Positions 10,070 through 23,175 of a stretch of 64,000 nucleotides of DNA are shown here, piece by piece (within the stretch, counting starts at the first letter, position 1; every line of letters begins with the position of its first letter). The position numbers and the translations under genes are program-made. This stretch comes from an uncultured Calditrichaceae bacterium. GTDB taxonomy: Bacteria > Calditrichota > Calditrichia > Calditrichales > J004. The notes beneath the pieces are model-generated. The model made no database searches. It was given only the letters and a program-made list of their open reading frames with translations, and was not told the DNA's origin. The stretch covers positions 1,366 through 65,365 of the forward strand of contig CAYWBI010000005.1 of the NCBI GenBank assembly GCA_964456445.1. Reading direction: 5' to 3'.

Positions 10070-11836
10070 TCACTTATTCTTTTGTGGTACTTTGGGGTCC
10101 TTATCGACATGGATATATTTCTGTTGCAATACCGTTAAAATATTAAACATTATGTAATAGAGGTTTAACCCGGATGGAAATTTATTAAAAATTGCCAGCA
10201 TAAAAACCGGCATAATATATAGCATTGCCTTTTGCTTGGGGTCCTGCATGGTCATCTTGGACTGGAAAAACATGGTGATTGCCATGATAATCGGCAACAA
10301 ATTAAAATGATCCCCATAAAAAGGTAATGAAAAAGGCAGGGTGAACAATGTATCTGCCCGCGATAAATCATTTACTAAACCAGGTATAAACATTGCTCCG
10401 CGCAATTGGATCGTTGAACGAAAGACGGTGTATAGTGCAATAAGAAGGGGCATCTGCAGAAGCATTGGTAAACACCCACTTAAAGGATTACCATGTACCT
10501 TGTACAGCTTCATCATTTCTTTCTGCATTCTTTGCTGATCGTTTTTATATTTTTCCTTTATTTCAGCCATTTTCGGTTGAAGAAGCTGCATTTTTTTAGT
10601 TGATTGATAACTCTTCTTCGTTATGGGAAATAAGGCCAGTTTAACCAATATTGAGAATATTATTATTACTAATCCATAGTTAGAAATAAAACCATGAAGC
10701 CATTCAAGAACCGGTATTATCAGATAAATAGAAATCGAACGAAAGACCCGTTCATACCAACCATTGTTCATGATCAATTCATCAACATGATTATCATAAT
10801 TTGATAGTTGATTAAAATCCAATGGGCCTAAATAAAGCCTGAACTTATCTATGGTCTGATGGTCATCACGAACAAAAAAACCAGCAGTATAGAGTTTTTC
10901 AATATAGTCTTTTTTCTCGATACCCGTTCCGTTAAAAAACACACCATCAGATACATCGGCATTTACGACAGATAAAATTGAAACAAAATACTTGGTTCTT
11001 ACTGAAACCCAATCGGCATTGCCTGATAGTGTCATCGGTTTGGCCGGGCCGGCTTCTGTTATCGAATAGTCTGTTAAATCATCAGCCATATAGGTAAAAG
11101 CCGTACTGTATTGCGAATCTCCTTCTTTGTACTCTTCGGTTAGTGGCAATCCATTTTCCCATTTTATCTGGTATTGTCTGTTTAAAAGAAGCGAACCAGG
11201 ATCAGAAATATTGACACTAACATCGATATGATAAAATCCATTATAAAAGGTCAGCTCTTTTTCAATTTTGGTTTTATTATATTCGATTAAAAATTTTATC
11301 GTTATTTTATCGTTATTTTTCAAAACAATCGATTCGGATTTATTATCCGATGTAAAAAGATAATCGCCTGTATTAATGTATTGACCATTAACATCCTGAA
11401 AGGAGAGTTGTAAATTATTGTTTAATTTTTCTGATACTAAATCCACAAGGCTGGAATCATAAGTACCGTATTTTTTTAATATAAAAGTAGAAAAATTTCC
11501 GCCACCCTTATTTGAAAATTTTACAGAATATAAATCGGTATCTATTCTATAATTCTTGAGTGTAGAATCTCCTGTAAAGGGTACTTTTTCATTGGTCTTC
11601 TTTTGTTCTTTAGGACTGTTAATCTTTTCAACAGATTCTTTTTGTTTCTCTTTATTTATCTCTGCGCCGTTCTGCTGATCAACGGAATTAAAAGTCTCTT
11701 TTTGAATATTGGTCGTACTATCAGCGGATACTTTTTTTTCTTCTGGTTTTATACCCAGGATATTTTCATTATAATAAGGAGTAAGTATTAAAATAACAGC
11801 AATTAAAAGCATTGCCAAGATTGATTTTTTGTCCAT
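10070..11836 (-). CDS. yidC: Membrane protein insertase YidC
   Basis: Large periplasmic N-terminal domain followed by the conserved 5-TM core (...KMQLLQPKMAEIKEKYKNDQQRMQKEMMKLYK...). I prefer the ATG at 11836 (MDKKSIL...) over the TTG at 11854. Canonical position next to rnpA. Confidence 0.9.
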   Translation of the reverse strand: MDKKSILAMLLIAVILILTPYYNENILGIKPEEKKVSADSTTNIQKETFNSVDQQNGAEINKEKQKESVEKINSPKEQKKTNEKVPFTGDSTLKNYRIDTDLYSVKFSNKGGGNFSTFILKKYGTYDSSLVDLVSEKLNNNLQLSFQDVNGQYINTGDYLFTSDNKSESIVLKNNDKITIKFLIEYNKTKIEKELTFYNGFYHIDVSVNISDPGSLLLNRQYQIKWENGLPLTEEYKEGDSQYSTAFTYMADDLTDYSITEAGPAKPMTLSGNADWVSVRTKYFVSILSVVNADVSDGVFFNGTGIEKKDYIEKLYTAGFFVRDDHQTIDKFRLYLGPLDFNQLSNYDNHVDELIMNNGWYERVFRSISIYLIIPVLEWLHGFISNYGLVIIIFSILVKLALFPITKKSYQSTKKMQLLQPKMAEIKEKYKNDQQRMQKEMMKLYKVHGNPLSGCLPMLLQMPLLIALYTVFRSTIQLRGAMFIPGLVNDLSRADTLFTLPFSLPFYGDHFNLLPIIMAITMFFQSKMTMQDPKQKAMLYIMPVFMLAIFNKFPSGLNLYYIMFNILTVLQQKYIHVDKDPKVPQKNK

Positions 11837-11865
11837 CTTTAATCCTATAAACAAAATATATTTAA

Positions 11866-12222
11866 CTACCGGGAATTACTTAAAAAGTTTAAATGTCTAT
11901 CATACTCTGCAAATATCACTTTTGATTTCTTAATTCTGCTTCGATCTCTATATAAAAAAATCACCCTATTATATGAATTAAATAGAGTGATCTTATTTAC
12001 AATATAAACACGTAATATTCGTTTTATATAATTACGGTAAAAAGCTTTTCCTATATTTTTTTTTAAGAGTATACAAGATTTACGATCATCTTTGGTTTTC
12101 TCAAATAATAAAAACACAGGTCCAAATTTAGTATTTATTCTTTTACCATTTTCTAAAATAAATTTAATTTCATATTTATCTTTGATAGAAAACAGCTTAT
12201 GCCGTTTTGATAAATTCATCAC
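11866..12222 (-). CDS. rnpA: Ribonuclease P protein component
   Basis: 118-aa basic protein directly downstream of rpmH. Synteny rpmH-rnpA-yidC. Confidence 0.8.
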   Translation of the reverse strand: MMNLSKRHKLFSIKDKYEIKFILENGKRINTKFGPVFLLFEKTKDDRKSCILLKKNIGKAFYRNYIKRILRVYIVNKITLFNSYNRVIFLYRDRSRIKKSKVIFAEYDRHLNFLSNSR

Positions 12223-12355
12223 TCACAGTTAATCTTTTTCTACCTTTTGCACGACGCCTGGCCAAAATGGCTTTTCCATTTTTGGAACTCATTCTTTCCC
12301 TGAAGCCATGTTTGTTTTTTCGCTTTGTGTTACTTGGCTGATAAGTACGTTTCAT
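12197..12355 (-). CDS. rpmH: 50S ribosomal protein L34
   Basis: Below the ORF-track size cutoff. My translation from ATG 12355-12353 gives [52 protein letters not shown]-stop (TAA 12199-12197), the L34 signature. The 3' end overlaps the rnpA start by 26 nt. Confidence 0.9.
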   Translation of the reverse strand: MKRTYQPSNTKRKNKHGFRERMSSKNGKAILARRRAKGRKRLTVSDEFIKTA

Positions 12356-12808
12356 TTTTCCTCCAACAATAATTATTAAATTTAAAAGGCTGCTAATTTA
12401 AGATGAACAGACTACAAATTACAAATATTGAAAAAAAATTATTTTATATTATTATTTTCTATATAATATATTGTTTTTTATTTACTTAATATTAATATTG
12501 CCATTTATATAAAAATGTTTAATAAATGTTGATAACAAAATAATAATATAAAAATTGATCTTTTTAAAAAATAAACCGTCAATTTTCAACATTTATAAAT
12601 TCTATTCAATCCTTATTTATCAGAGCCAAAAACACTTATCAACATTTCCACAGCATCAACTACTAATATACTTTTAAACTATATATAATATTATTATAGT
12701 CAACTAAACAAATACCCATACGGGGATATTTAAATATTGATCAATTCTTTCTTGAAACTAAGTTTTCTTTTCTTTAATTTTTCCTTTTATTAACTATTTG
12801 GGGGATAA
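12356..12808. other. Candidate chromosomal replication origin (AT-rich spacer with DnaA-box-like 9-mers)
   Basis: 453-nt very AT-rich spacer between the divergent rpmH and dnaN. 9-mers within 1-2 mismatches of TTATCCACA: TGTTGATAA 12527-12535 (reverse complement of TTATCAACA), TTTTCAACA 12583-12591, TTATCAACA 12636-12644, ATTTCCACA 12644-12652. Confidence 0.5.
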
Positions 12809-13924
12809 ATGAATTTCCGTATAAACAGAGATAGTTTTTTTAAATCATTGCAAAAGATTATTAATGTAATTCCATCAAAATCAACCGTTGATATATTATA
12901 CAATGTTTTAATTTCTGCAAAAGAAAACACACTTTCAATTACAGCCACCGATCTGGAAATAACACAAATTACCTGGACGGATTGTGAAATACTTGAAGAA
13001 GGTGATATCACTGTACCAGGAAAGTTATTATTAGACATCATCAGGGAACTACCGGCAATAGACCTCGAATTTACTGCAGATCAGAATTTAAAAGTATTAA
13101 TCAAATCTGAATTGGGCGAGTACAGATTATCAGGAGAAAGTAAAAAAGAATTTCCGTCATCGCCTCAAATTGATGATAATTTATCTGTTGAACTTGAAAG
13201 TACTGATTTGAAGGAAATGATTGAAAAAACAATTTTCGCCTGTTCTACGGATCATTTTAGACCGGCATTGACCGGCGTCCTCTGTCAGTTTTTTGATAAT
13301 GAATATCGAATGATATCTACCGATGGTCATCGACTGGTTAAAATAGTGAATAAAAAATTTGATAACAATGGCATAACGAGAGATGTGATTATTCCTACAA
13401 AAGCCTTAAATTTTGTTGCACGCAATTTACCCGAGGAGGGACTGCAAAAAATTTCGCTTAGTGAAAACCATATTCTTTTTAACTTACCAAATACTAAAAT
13501 CTATTCACGAATAATAAAAGAACCCTATCCAGATTATGACAGGGTAATTCCAAGTCAGTTCACTAAAGAGCTAAATATTGACCGAATGGAATTTATATCG
13601 TCTGTAAAAAGGGTTTCACTGTTTTCAAATCCAATTACTTCACAGATTAAAATACAACTAGAGAATAATATCATGCAGGTATTTGCCCAGGATATAGATT
13701 TTGGCGGTGAGGCAAATGAACATATTGGTTGCAATTATACAAATGACCCATTAACAATTGCCTATAATGCAAACTATCTAATTGATTTACTCCGTCATTT
13801 ATCGTCTGAAAAAATCAGGATAACTTTAAATGATTCTGATGGTCCGGCCTTAATCTATTCCGATGAAAATTACGATGAGAACTTAAATTTGGTTATGTTA
13901 ATCATGCCTGTAAGATTGAATTAA
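12809..13924 (+). CDS. dnaN: DNA polymerase III beta sliding clamp
   Basis: 371 aa with three-domain clamp length and pattern (MNFRINRDSFFKSLQKIINVIP..., C-terminal ...LVMLIMPVRLN). Followed by recF with a 1-nt TAATG overlap. Confidence 0.9.
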   Translation: MNFRINRDSFFKSLQKIINVIPSKSTVDILYNVLISAKENTLSITATDLEITQITWTDCEILEEGDITVPGKLLLDIIRELPAIDLEFTADQNLKVLIKSELGEYRLSGESKKEFPSSPQIDDNLSVELESTDLKEMIEKTIFACSTDHFRPALTGVLCQFFDNEYRMISTDGHRLVKIVNKKFDNNGITRDVIIPTKALNFVARNLPEEGLQKISLSENHILFNLPNTKIYSRIIKEPYPDYDRVIPSQFTKELNIDRMEFISSVKRVSLFSNPITSQIKIQLENNIMQVFAQDIDFGGEANEHIGCNYTNDPLTIAYNANYLIDLLRHLSSEKIRITLNDSDGPALIYSDENYDENLNLVMLIMPVRLN

Positions 13925-15014
13925 TGTTTATAAACACACTTGATATAAAGAATTTTCGAATATTTAAAAAAAAGGAATTTAATTTTAGCAATGACATAAA
14001 TATTTTGTATGGTCTTAACGGGCAAGGTAAGACATCTGTAATTGAAGCGGTTTATTACTTATCCCTTACACGCAGTTTCAAAACCGGGGCTAAGGATCAG
14101 GCAGTTTTAAGAAAAGAAAATAATTATTTTGAAATAAGCGGGGCATATCAAAATAAAAATAATACAAGATTATTTTTTTCTTTGGATAAAGGAAAACATA
14201 TATTTGTTAATGATATCAAAATAGAAAAATTTTCCGACTATATTGGACAAATCCCGATTGTTGTTTTAACACTGGAGAATCAAGAATTAATTTATGGTTA
14301 TCCGAAATTAAGAAGAAATTTTTTAGATATCCTAATTTCACAGGTTAGTTCAAGATATATAACAAATCTCCAACGTTATAAAAATATAATTTTTTCTAAA
14401 AATAAACTGCTCTCTGAACTAGAACCTAATATTGAACTTTTAAAAAGTTATAATGATCTTATCGTTCAATATGGGAATGAAATTGTTTTACAACGGATTG
14501 AACTTGTAACCTTTTTTAATACAAATATAAAAAGAAATTTTAATGCAATATCAGGGAAGAATGAAAATCCAAGTATAAAATATAAAATTAAAAACAGCAA
14601 TCTGGATGTTGATAATAATCTGGATATCATCCAGGTTTTACGTACTCTACAGGAAAAATATTTTACAAAAGAAATACAATACCATAAGAGCTTATATGGT
14701 CCGCACTTAGATGACATCATTTTTTATCTGGATGATATTCCGATTAAAAACTATTCGTCTCAGGGAGAAAACAAATCATATTTAATCGCGTTAAAAAATA
14801 TTGAACGGGAATTTATTCTTCTAAAAAAAAATCAAAATCCAATATTTCTTTTAGATGATGTATTTGGTGAACTTGATACAGACCGGACAGAAAATCTTTT
14901 GTACTTAATAAAAGATAAAGGCCAGACAATTATAACAACAACAAATTCTACAATAATTGAAACATCTTATTTAAAAAAAAACAACTGCATTCATTTAGAC
15001 CAAAAAACATTATA

Positions 15015-15015
<1 letters not shown>
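13924..15015 (+). CDS. recF: DNA replication/repair protein RecF
   Basis: Walker A GLNGQGKTS, ABC-type signature SQGENKS, Walker B IFLLDDVFGELD. Synteny dnaN-recF-gyrB. Confidence 0.9.
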
Positions 15016-17229
<2,214 letters not shown>

Positions 17230-17243
17230 GAGTTTGAAATTAC

Positions 17244-19700
17244 ATGCAAGAAGATGAGAGAATTTTACCCGTTTTACTTGAAGATGAAATGCGCGAATCA
17301 TACTTGGATTATTCTATGTCCGTTATTGTTTCGCGTGCCCTGCCGGACGTACGAGATGGGCTAAAGCCGGTGCACCGCAGGGTTTTATATGGGATGCGGG
17401 AATTGGGCCTTGTACACAACCGAGCGCATAAAAAAAGCGCCCGGGTTGTGGGGGAAGTGCTCGGTAAATATCACCCGCATGGAGATTCTGCTGTTTACGA
17501 TACTATGGTGCGGATGGTTCAAGATTTTTCACTACGCTATCCATTAATTGATGGGCAGGGAAATTTTGGCTCGGTCGATGGAGATTCACCCGCAGCTATG
17601 CGTTATACAGAAGTACGTATGATGCAAATTGCAGAGGAATTATTGACAGACCTGGATAAAAAAACCGTAAGGCTTGCCAGAAATTTTGATGACTCTCTTG
17701 ATGAACCTACCGTTCTCCCTGCAAAGTTCCCTAACCTGCTGGTTAATGGCTCATCGGGAATTGCTGTTGGAATGGCAACTAATATTCCGCCCCATAATTT
17801 GGGAGAAGTGGTTAATGCGGTAAAAGCCATGATTGATGATCCTGAGATGGATATACTCGCACTAATGGAACATATTAAGGGACCGGATTTCCCTACCGCA
17901 GGAATAATTTTTGGTTTGGAAGAAGTAAAAAAGGCTTATCTTACCGGACGGGGCAAAGTAATTGTCCGGGCAAAAACGGAATCTGTTGAGCTTAAAAACG
18001 GGCGATCAAGAATTTTAATACATGAAATTCCCTATCAGGTCAACAAGTTAAACCTTATAAAAAAGATTGTTGAATTAGTAAAAGAAAAACGCGTAGAAGG
18101 TATATCAGATTTAAGGGACGAATCCGACCGTGATGGCATGCGTATCGTAATTGAAGTAAAAAGGGATTATGATCCGGAAGCGATTTTAAACATCCTATAT
18201 AAACATACGCAGATGCAGGTAACTTTTGGTATCATTTTATTGGCGCTTGTGGACGGGCGTCCCAAAGTTCTGAACCTAAAAGAAATAATTCAGCATTTTA
18301 TAAATCATCGTATTAACGTTATCATAAAAAGAACGCAGTTTGAGTTAGATCAGGCGCAACGCAGGGCGCATATTCTTGAAGGTCTGCGGATAGCTATTGA
18401 CAATATTGATGAAATCATAGCTTTAATAAAAAAATCTGCCAGCACCGAAGATGCCCGCGAAAAGTTAATGGCCCGGTTTACCCTCTCCCTTCCACAAGCT
18501 AAGGCTATACTGGAAATGCGTCTGCAAAGGCTTACCGGTTTAGAACGTGATAAAATTGAGCAAGAGTATAAAGAATTAATGATCTTGATAACGGAACTAC
18601 AAGAAATATTGGCAAACAAAGACAAGCAATTTCAAATCATTAAAAATGAACTCAATGAAATTGTTACAAAATATGCGGATGAACGTCGTACGGAATTAAT
18701 TTTAAACTATGAAGAAATTTCCATAGAAGATTTAATTCATGAGGAAAATACGGTTGTTACCATTTCCAACAGGGGATTGATCAAGCGTTTCTCCGCCTCG
18801 GCTTACCGGACCCAAAACCGGGGCGGGCGTGGTGTATCCGGAGCCGTAATAAAAGAGGAAGATTACCTTGAGCACCTGTTTGTTGCAAGCACACATGATT
18901 ATATTCTGTTTTTTACCGATCGTGGGCGTTGCTACTGGCTAAAGGTTTATCAAGTGCCACAATCAGGGAAGGCATCGCGCGGCCGACCGGTTATAAACCT
19001 GATCAATATTGAAAAAGGTGAAAAAATCCAAACTGTATTAACCGTAAGGGATTTTAACCAGGATGGATATATTACCATTGGAACAAAAAAAGGTGTCATC
19101 AAAAAAACGGAATTAAGAAAATACAGCAGACCGAGAAGAAACGGCATTATCGCTGTGAATATCCGTGAAGATGATCAATTGATTAATGCCTGTGTTACCA
19201 GTGGCGACGATGAGGTTCTCTTTGTAAGTAAAAAAGGTAAGTCCATACGCTTTAGCGAGCATGACGTCCGGCCGATGGGAAGAAATTCCAGTGGGGTAAA
19301 AGCAATATCCCTATCAAAGGATGATATTGTAATTGCAATGGTGGTGGTAGATGATGAAAAATCCATATTTACACTTTCACACAACGGCTATGGAAAAAGA
19401 ACCATGTTTACCGGTTTCAGAAGGCAAAAAAGAGGTGGAAGTGGAATTATCGCGATGAAAGTAACCGAAAAAACCGGGCCGTTGGTTGGGGCGGGGACGG
19501 TATCGGACGAGTTAGGCATACTGATAATTACGGAAAAAGGAATAGTGATACGGCAAAACCTGGAGCAGGTCAATATTATTGGCCGAAATACGCAAGGTGT
19601 TATCATGATAAGACTTGATAAAGGTGACACAGTTAGTGATATTGCATTAATTGAAAAAGATGAAGAAAAAGAAGATGAAGAAAATGTCCAGGATATCTAA
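17244..19700 (+). CDS. gyrA: DNA gyrase subunit A
   Basis: 818 aa. Motifs [13 protein letters not shown] and AAMRYTE (active-site Tyr), C-terminal beta-pinwheel repeats and an acidic tail [15 protein letters not shown]. Confidence 0.97.
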   Translation: MQEDERILPVLLEDEMRESYLDYSMSVIVSRALPDVRDGLKPVHRRVLYGMRELGLVHNRAHKKSARVVGEVLGKYHPHGDSAVYDTMVRMVQDFSLRYPLIDGQGNFGSVDGDSPAAMRYTEVRMMQIAEELLTDLDKKTVRLARNFDDSLDEPTVLPAKFPNLLVNGSSGIAVGMATNIPPHNLGEVVNAVKAMIDDPEMDILALMEHIKGPDFPTAGIIFGLEEVKKAYLTGRGKVIVRAKTESVELKNGRSRILIHEIPYQVNKLNLIKKIVELVKEKRVEGISDLRDESDRDGMRIVIEVKRDYDPEAILNILYKHTQMQVTFGIILLALVDGRPKVLNLKEIIQHFINHRINVIIKRTQFELDQAQRRAHILEGLRIAIDNIDEIIALIKKSASTEDAREKLMARFTLSLPQAKAILEMRLQRLTGLERDKIEQEYKELMILITELQEILANKDKQFQIIKNELNEIVTKYADERRTELILNYEEISIEDLIHEENTVVTISNRGLIKRFSASAYRTQNRGGRGVSGAVIKEEDYLEHLFVASTHDYILFFTDRGRCYWLKVYQVPQSGKASRGRPVINLINIEKGEKIQTVLTVRDFNQDGYITIGTKKGVIKKTELRKYSRPRRNGIIAVNIREDDQLINACVTSGDDEVLFVSKKGKSIRFSEHDVRPMGRNSSGVKAISLSKDDIVIAMVVVDDEKSIFTLSHNGYGKRTMFTGFRRQKRGGSGIIAMKVTEKTGPLVGAGTVSDELGILIITEKGIVIRQNLEQVNIIGRNTQGVIMIRLDKGDTVSDIALIEKDEEKEDEENVQDI

Positions 19701-20328
19701 AAAAATCTCCAGTTCTACGATCCGCAGGTTATCGAAATATTACCGCACATTAGCCCGTTTAAAAGATAATAAATATAAAACAGTTTCATCTGCTCAAATT
19801 GCCCATATCAATAATATAACATCCGCGCAGGTCCGTAAGGATTTGTCCTATTTTGGGTCTTTCGGAAAAAGAGGCCTGGGCTATAATATTACTGAATTGA
19901 AAAATACCATTGCCCATATCTTAGGGCTGGAAAAAAAGTGGAATGTTGGTCTTGTTGGATTTGGAAATATTGGCCGGGCTTTATTACAATATGAAGAGTT
20001 TAAAAAACAAGGCTTTCAGATCAATGATATATTTGACGCAGATCAGCAGAAAATAGGCATGCGGGTTGGAGACATTAAGATCCATAGCGTTGATGATGCA
20101 TGTAGTGTCGTAAAAGAAAAGAATATAGAAATTATAATTGTTGCTGTGCCGGCACCGCATGCTCAAAAAACCGTTGATATATTTATAAAATGTGGCATAA
20201 AGGCATTTCTGAATTTTGCGCCCATTACCGTTAAAACGCCGGAAGAAATTCTTGTTAAACAGGAAAACATGGCAATTGAAATGGAATCATTGTCCTACTT
20301 TTTAACAAATAAAAAAAAGGGGGTTTAA
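19684..20328 (+). CDS. rex: Redox-sensing transcriptional repressor Rex
   Basis: N-terminal winged-helix [15 protein letters not shown] and Rossmann motif [11 protein letters not shown]. The start is placed at ATG 19684 (MSRISKK...). The listed upstream MKKMKKKK extension lies inside the gyrA tail. Confidence 0.85.
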   Translation: MSRISKKISSSTIRRLSKYYRTLARLKDNKYKTVSSAQIAHINNITSAQVRKDLSYFGSFGKRGLGYNITELKNTIAHILGLEKKWNVGLVGFGNIGRALLQYEEFKKQGFQINDIFDADQQKIGMRVGDIKIHSVDDACSVVKEKNIEIIIVAVPAPHAQKTVDIFIKCGIKAFLNFAPITVKTPEEILVKQENMAIEMESLSYFLTNKKKGV

Positions 20329-20341
20329 CCCCCCTTTTTCT
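20311..20341. terminator. Bidirectional intrinsic terminator between convergent rex and the TPR gene
   Basis: AAAAAAAAGGGGG-TTTAA-CCCCCCTTTTT: a G/C stem (20319-20323 / 20329-20334) flanked by an A-run and a T-run. It overlaps the rex stop codon. Confidence 0.7.
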
Positions 20342-21422
20342 ATTTTTGCAGTGCTTCTGCTTTATCGAATGCATTTCGTGATTTTTTCTTGTCACCCAGA
20401 CGGGCATAACAGACGCCCAGGTTATACCACATATTGTTATCGTCCGGAAAAAATTCCACGCCTTCCTGTAATGTTTCTTTTGCAACATCATATTTTTCCA
20501 ACAACAATTCAGATTGACCCTTGAGTTGATAGGCTTCTTTCATGTTCGGATCAATCTCAATGACCTTCCCAAAATAGAGGGCGGCGTCTTCTAAATAGGT
20601 CTTTTTATCTGCTTTGCTTGTTTTTTCATCGTTTGCCCGGTTGAAAGAAAGCAAGGCCAAGTTAAAGGGAAGTGCTTTTTCTTCCGGGTTGTTTGCAATA
20701 GCTAACTTATAATATTTAATTGAATTTTTTGTATCATGTTTTGTATCGTAGGCTTGGGCCAGCAGCGTAGGGACCATGGTATTGGTTTGGTCAAGCTCAA
20801 GCGCTTTTGTAAGTATCGGTATTGCTTCAGAATAATCTTTATTTAGAAACAACATTTGTCCATATTCCGCCCACGAAACGGAAGAATCGGGAAAATCCGT
20901 TGTGAGTTGTTTACTTGCTTTAACGGCATTTTCACCATCATTTAATAATTGATAACAAGCAGAAATTAAACGAACGGACATAAAATTCTTTTTAATTGTA
21001 TTTGCATCCGAAAAGTTCTGGATGGCATCTTTGGCTGATTTGTTTGCCTTATCAATATCTTTATCTTTCAATTTTGAAAAATTTTGATAATTTTTTATAC
21101 CATCATTATAGGTAATGGCAAAATAGTAGCTTTTTTCATTGATGATATCATTTTTAAATTGGTCACCTAAACTTAAACTTTTATCAAAGGCGGAAACCAT
21201 TTCAGACATGTGACCAAGTTTTCCATTGATGCGGCCAAGCCAATACCAGGCTTCTGCATTTTCCGGATGCTCTGTCGTTGCTTTCTGCGCAAGTTCCAAA
21301 GCATTGTCCATCCTATTGGCTTTAAAGTGCACAATGGCGCCTTCCAGGTCCGGCGGGCGGCAGGATGATATAAGAAGAATCAATCCGATGAGTGAAGAAA
21401 ATAATATTAATGAACGTTTCAT
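20340..21422 (-). CDS. TPR-repeat lipoprotein
   Basis: 360 aa. Signal peptide with lipobox LLISSC and multiple TPR-like repeats (AEAWYWLG, AYQLKGQ, MWYNLGVCYARLGD). Confidence 0.7.
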   Translation of the reverse strand: MKRSLILFSSLIGLILLISSCRPPDLEGAIVHFKANRMDNALELAQKATTEHPENAEAWYWLGRINGKLGHMSEMVSAFDKSLSLGDQFKNDIINEKSYYFAITYNDGIKNYQNFSKLKDKDIDKANKSAKDAIQNFSDANTIKKNFMSVRLISACYQLLNDGENAVKASKQLTTDFPDSSVSWAEYGQMLFLNKDYSEAIPILTKALELDQTNTMVPTLLAQAYDTKHDTKNSIKYYKLAIANNPEEKALPFNLALLSFNRANDEKTSKADKKTYLEDAALYFGKVIEIDPNMKEAYQLKGQSELLLEKYDVAKETLQEGVEFFPDDNNMWYNLGVCYARLGDKKKSRNAFDKAEALQK

Positions 21423-21607
21423 TAAAACCCCTCTATTAAAATGAATATATTTTAAGATAAAATTATTTACAAACTTGGATGATTGGCATAGAATAATTAA
21501 CTTTTACCCGAACCATGTCAAAATCATTGTTGAATCATTTAATTTGAAAATCTAAATAATTGTAATCTCTATTGCAAAAAAAATTCATGATCCGGGAAAG
21601 GAATATA

Positions 21608-22399
21608 ATGAAACTAATATTTATTTTGGTTACCCTAATTTCATTTATAAGTGCACAAACAAAAGGATTTGATGAAAAATCGTTTTTTAATAGTTTAAGC
21701 GCTAATTACTATATTTTAAATGAAACGGGCGTTAATAATTATACGGCTTTAGTAAGCAATATCCCGTCGCAGAGATTTTCTTTAAAACAATGGAAAACAA
21801 AGGATGTTTTTCCATTACAAATGATCTGGATAAAACCCAATCAGGTTTATCTGTCGCAATTAGGCGTAAAAAAATTAAGTACAGAGGCCGAAAAGGAATA
21901 TGCTGAAATAGTGAATGATATAAAAAAACAACTAAAAGGACTGCTGTTCGACTATAAGCGGTTTTATTTAAACGGCTTATATGATATGATTTCTGATACC
22001 TATCAGTTACAGACGCAAAAAGATTTTGTTATAATCAATGAATTATCCGTTGCAAATACAGACACGGTTTATACACAGTATATATTTGGCAAAAACGGCT
22101 TGTGCCTGCGTGTGGAAAATTATGTTCCCCGCCTCGGGCAGAAGGTCATTACAACGCCAAAATTTGAGGTTTTTAAAACAAAATGGTTGTGCAAGGGATG
22201 GAAAGTTCAAATATTACAAAATGATGCTGTCAAAAGTGGTTTTATAGTAGAATTAAACATGAAATATTATAAAAACATTTGGATACCGGAAAGTATAACC
22301 ATAAATGTCCAAAAGGCAGAAGAAAAGGGCAAAACCTTTGCCGACCAGTTGCTTTTTAGAAATTATTTATTTAATCAAAGTTTAATACTGGTAAATTAA
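21608..22399 (+). CDS. Exported hypothetical protein
   Basis: The start at ATG 21608 gives MKLIFILVTLISFISAQ, a signal-peptide-like N-terminus. I recognise no motif. Confidence 0.5.
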   Translation: MKLIFILVTLISFISAQTKGFDEKSFFNSLSANYYILNETGVNNYTALVSNIPSQRFSLKQWKTKDVFPLQMIWIKPNQVYLSQLGVKKLSTEAEKEYAEIVNDIKKQLKGLLFDYKRFYLNGLYDMISDTYQLQTQKDFVIINELSVANTDTVYTQYIFGKNGLCLRVENYVPRLGQKVITTPKFEVFKTKWLCKGWKVQILQNDAVKSGFIVELNMKYYKNIWIPESITINVQKAEEKGKTFADQLLFRNYLFNQSLILVN

Positions 22400-22524
22400 A
22401 AGATTGAGTATTGTTAAATCAAAGCAGTAAATCTACAAAAATATATTTCCAGGGCATATAACCCATCGGTTGCTAAAATTTAAAAGACCGGAGATGTGTA
22501 CTGGTAATTGTGGGGCCTGAAAAA

Positions 22525-23103
22525 TTAATTTTTGGGACGAGTTGCGTTACTTATATAACCGTTTTTTTGTGCATAACCCCAAAGTGTACGTTGTAACAAC
22601 CTTCGTGCCCGGTAAAGGCGGGACATTACGGTTCCCAGAGGTATATTTACTATAGACGATATCTCATTATAGCTGAAACCTTCTACATCTGATAAAAGGA
22701 CAACAAGTTTGAAGGGATTTGGTAAATTGTTCAGGGCGATCAAAATATCGTCTTCAAACTGATTGTTTCCAAAATCTTCATCGATTGTTCCCTGCAATGA
22801 GGTTTTGTGATGGGCTTTCTGGAACAAGAAATATTCATCCAGATTGTCATAGCTTACTTTTTGGGGTTGCCGGATTTTTTTACGGTAAACGGTAATATAG
22901 CTATTTATCAAAATACGAAATATCCAGGCGCGAAAGTTGGTATCGGGTTTAAATTGTGCAAAAGCTTTAAATGCCTTAAAAATCGTTTCCTGGTAAAGGT
23001 CTTCCGCATCAAGACGCGAGCGGGTCATTCGTAAAGCCGTACTTTTTAATGCGGGCATGTGTGGTCTGAGCAGCATTGAAAATTCACTTTGTTTAATGTT
23101 CAT
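22525..23103 (-). CDS. ECF-type RNA polymerase sigma-70 factor
   Basis: 192 aa. Region 2 DAEDLYQETIFKAF...FRAWIFRILINSYI, region 4 LSDVEGFSYNEISSIVNIPLGTVMSRLYRAR. Confidence 0.9.
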   Translation of the reverse strand: MNIKQSEFSMLLRPHMPALKSTALRMTRSRLDAEDLYQETIFKAFKAFAQFKPDTNFRAWIFRILINSYITVYRKKIRQPQKVSYDNLDEYFLFQKAHHKTSLQGTIDEDFGNNQFEDDILIALNNLPNPFKLVVLLSDVEGFSYNEISSIVNIPLGTVMSRLYRARRLLQRTLWGYAQKNGYISNATRPKN

Positions 23104-23175
23104 AAATCGACTACCCCTGTAGCTATTAAATTCAGTTTAGTATAATGACTTTAGATAAAAAATACAAGATGTGAA

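Noticed and set aside
19651-19683. [13 protein letters not shown]-terminal extension of the rex ORF
   Set aside because: It is the +1/+2 frame image of the GAA/GAT-rich acidic tail of gyrA. A normal Rex N-terminus begins at ATG 19684.
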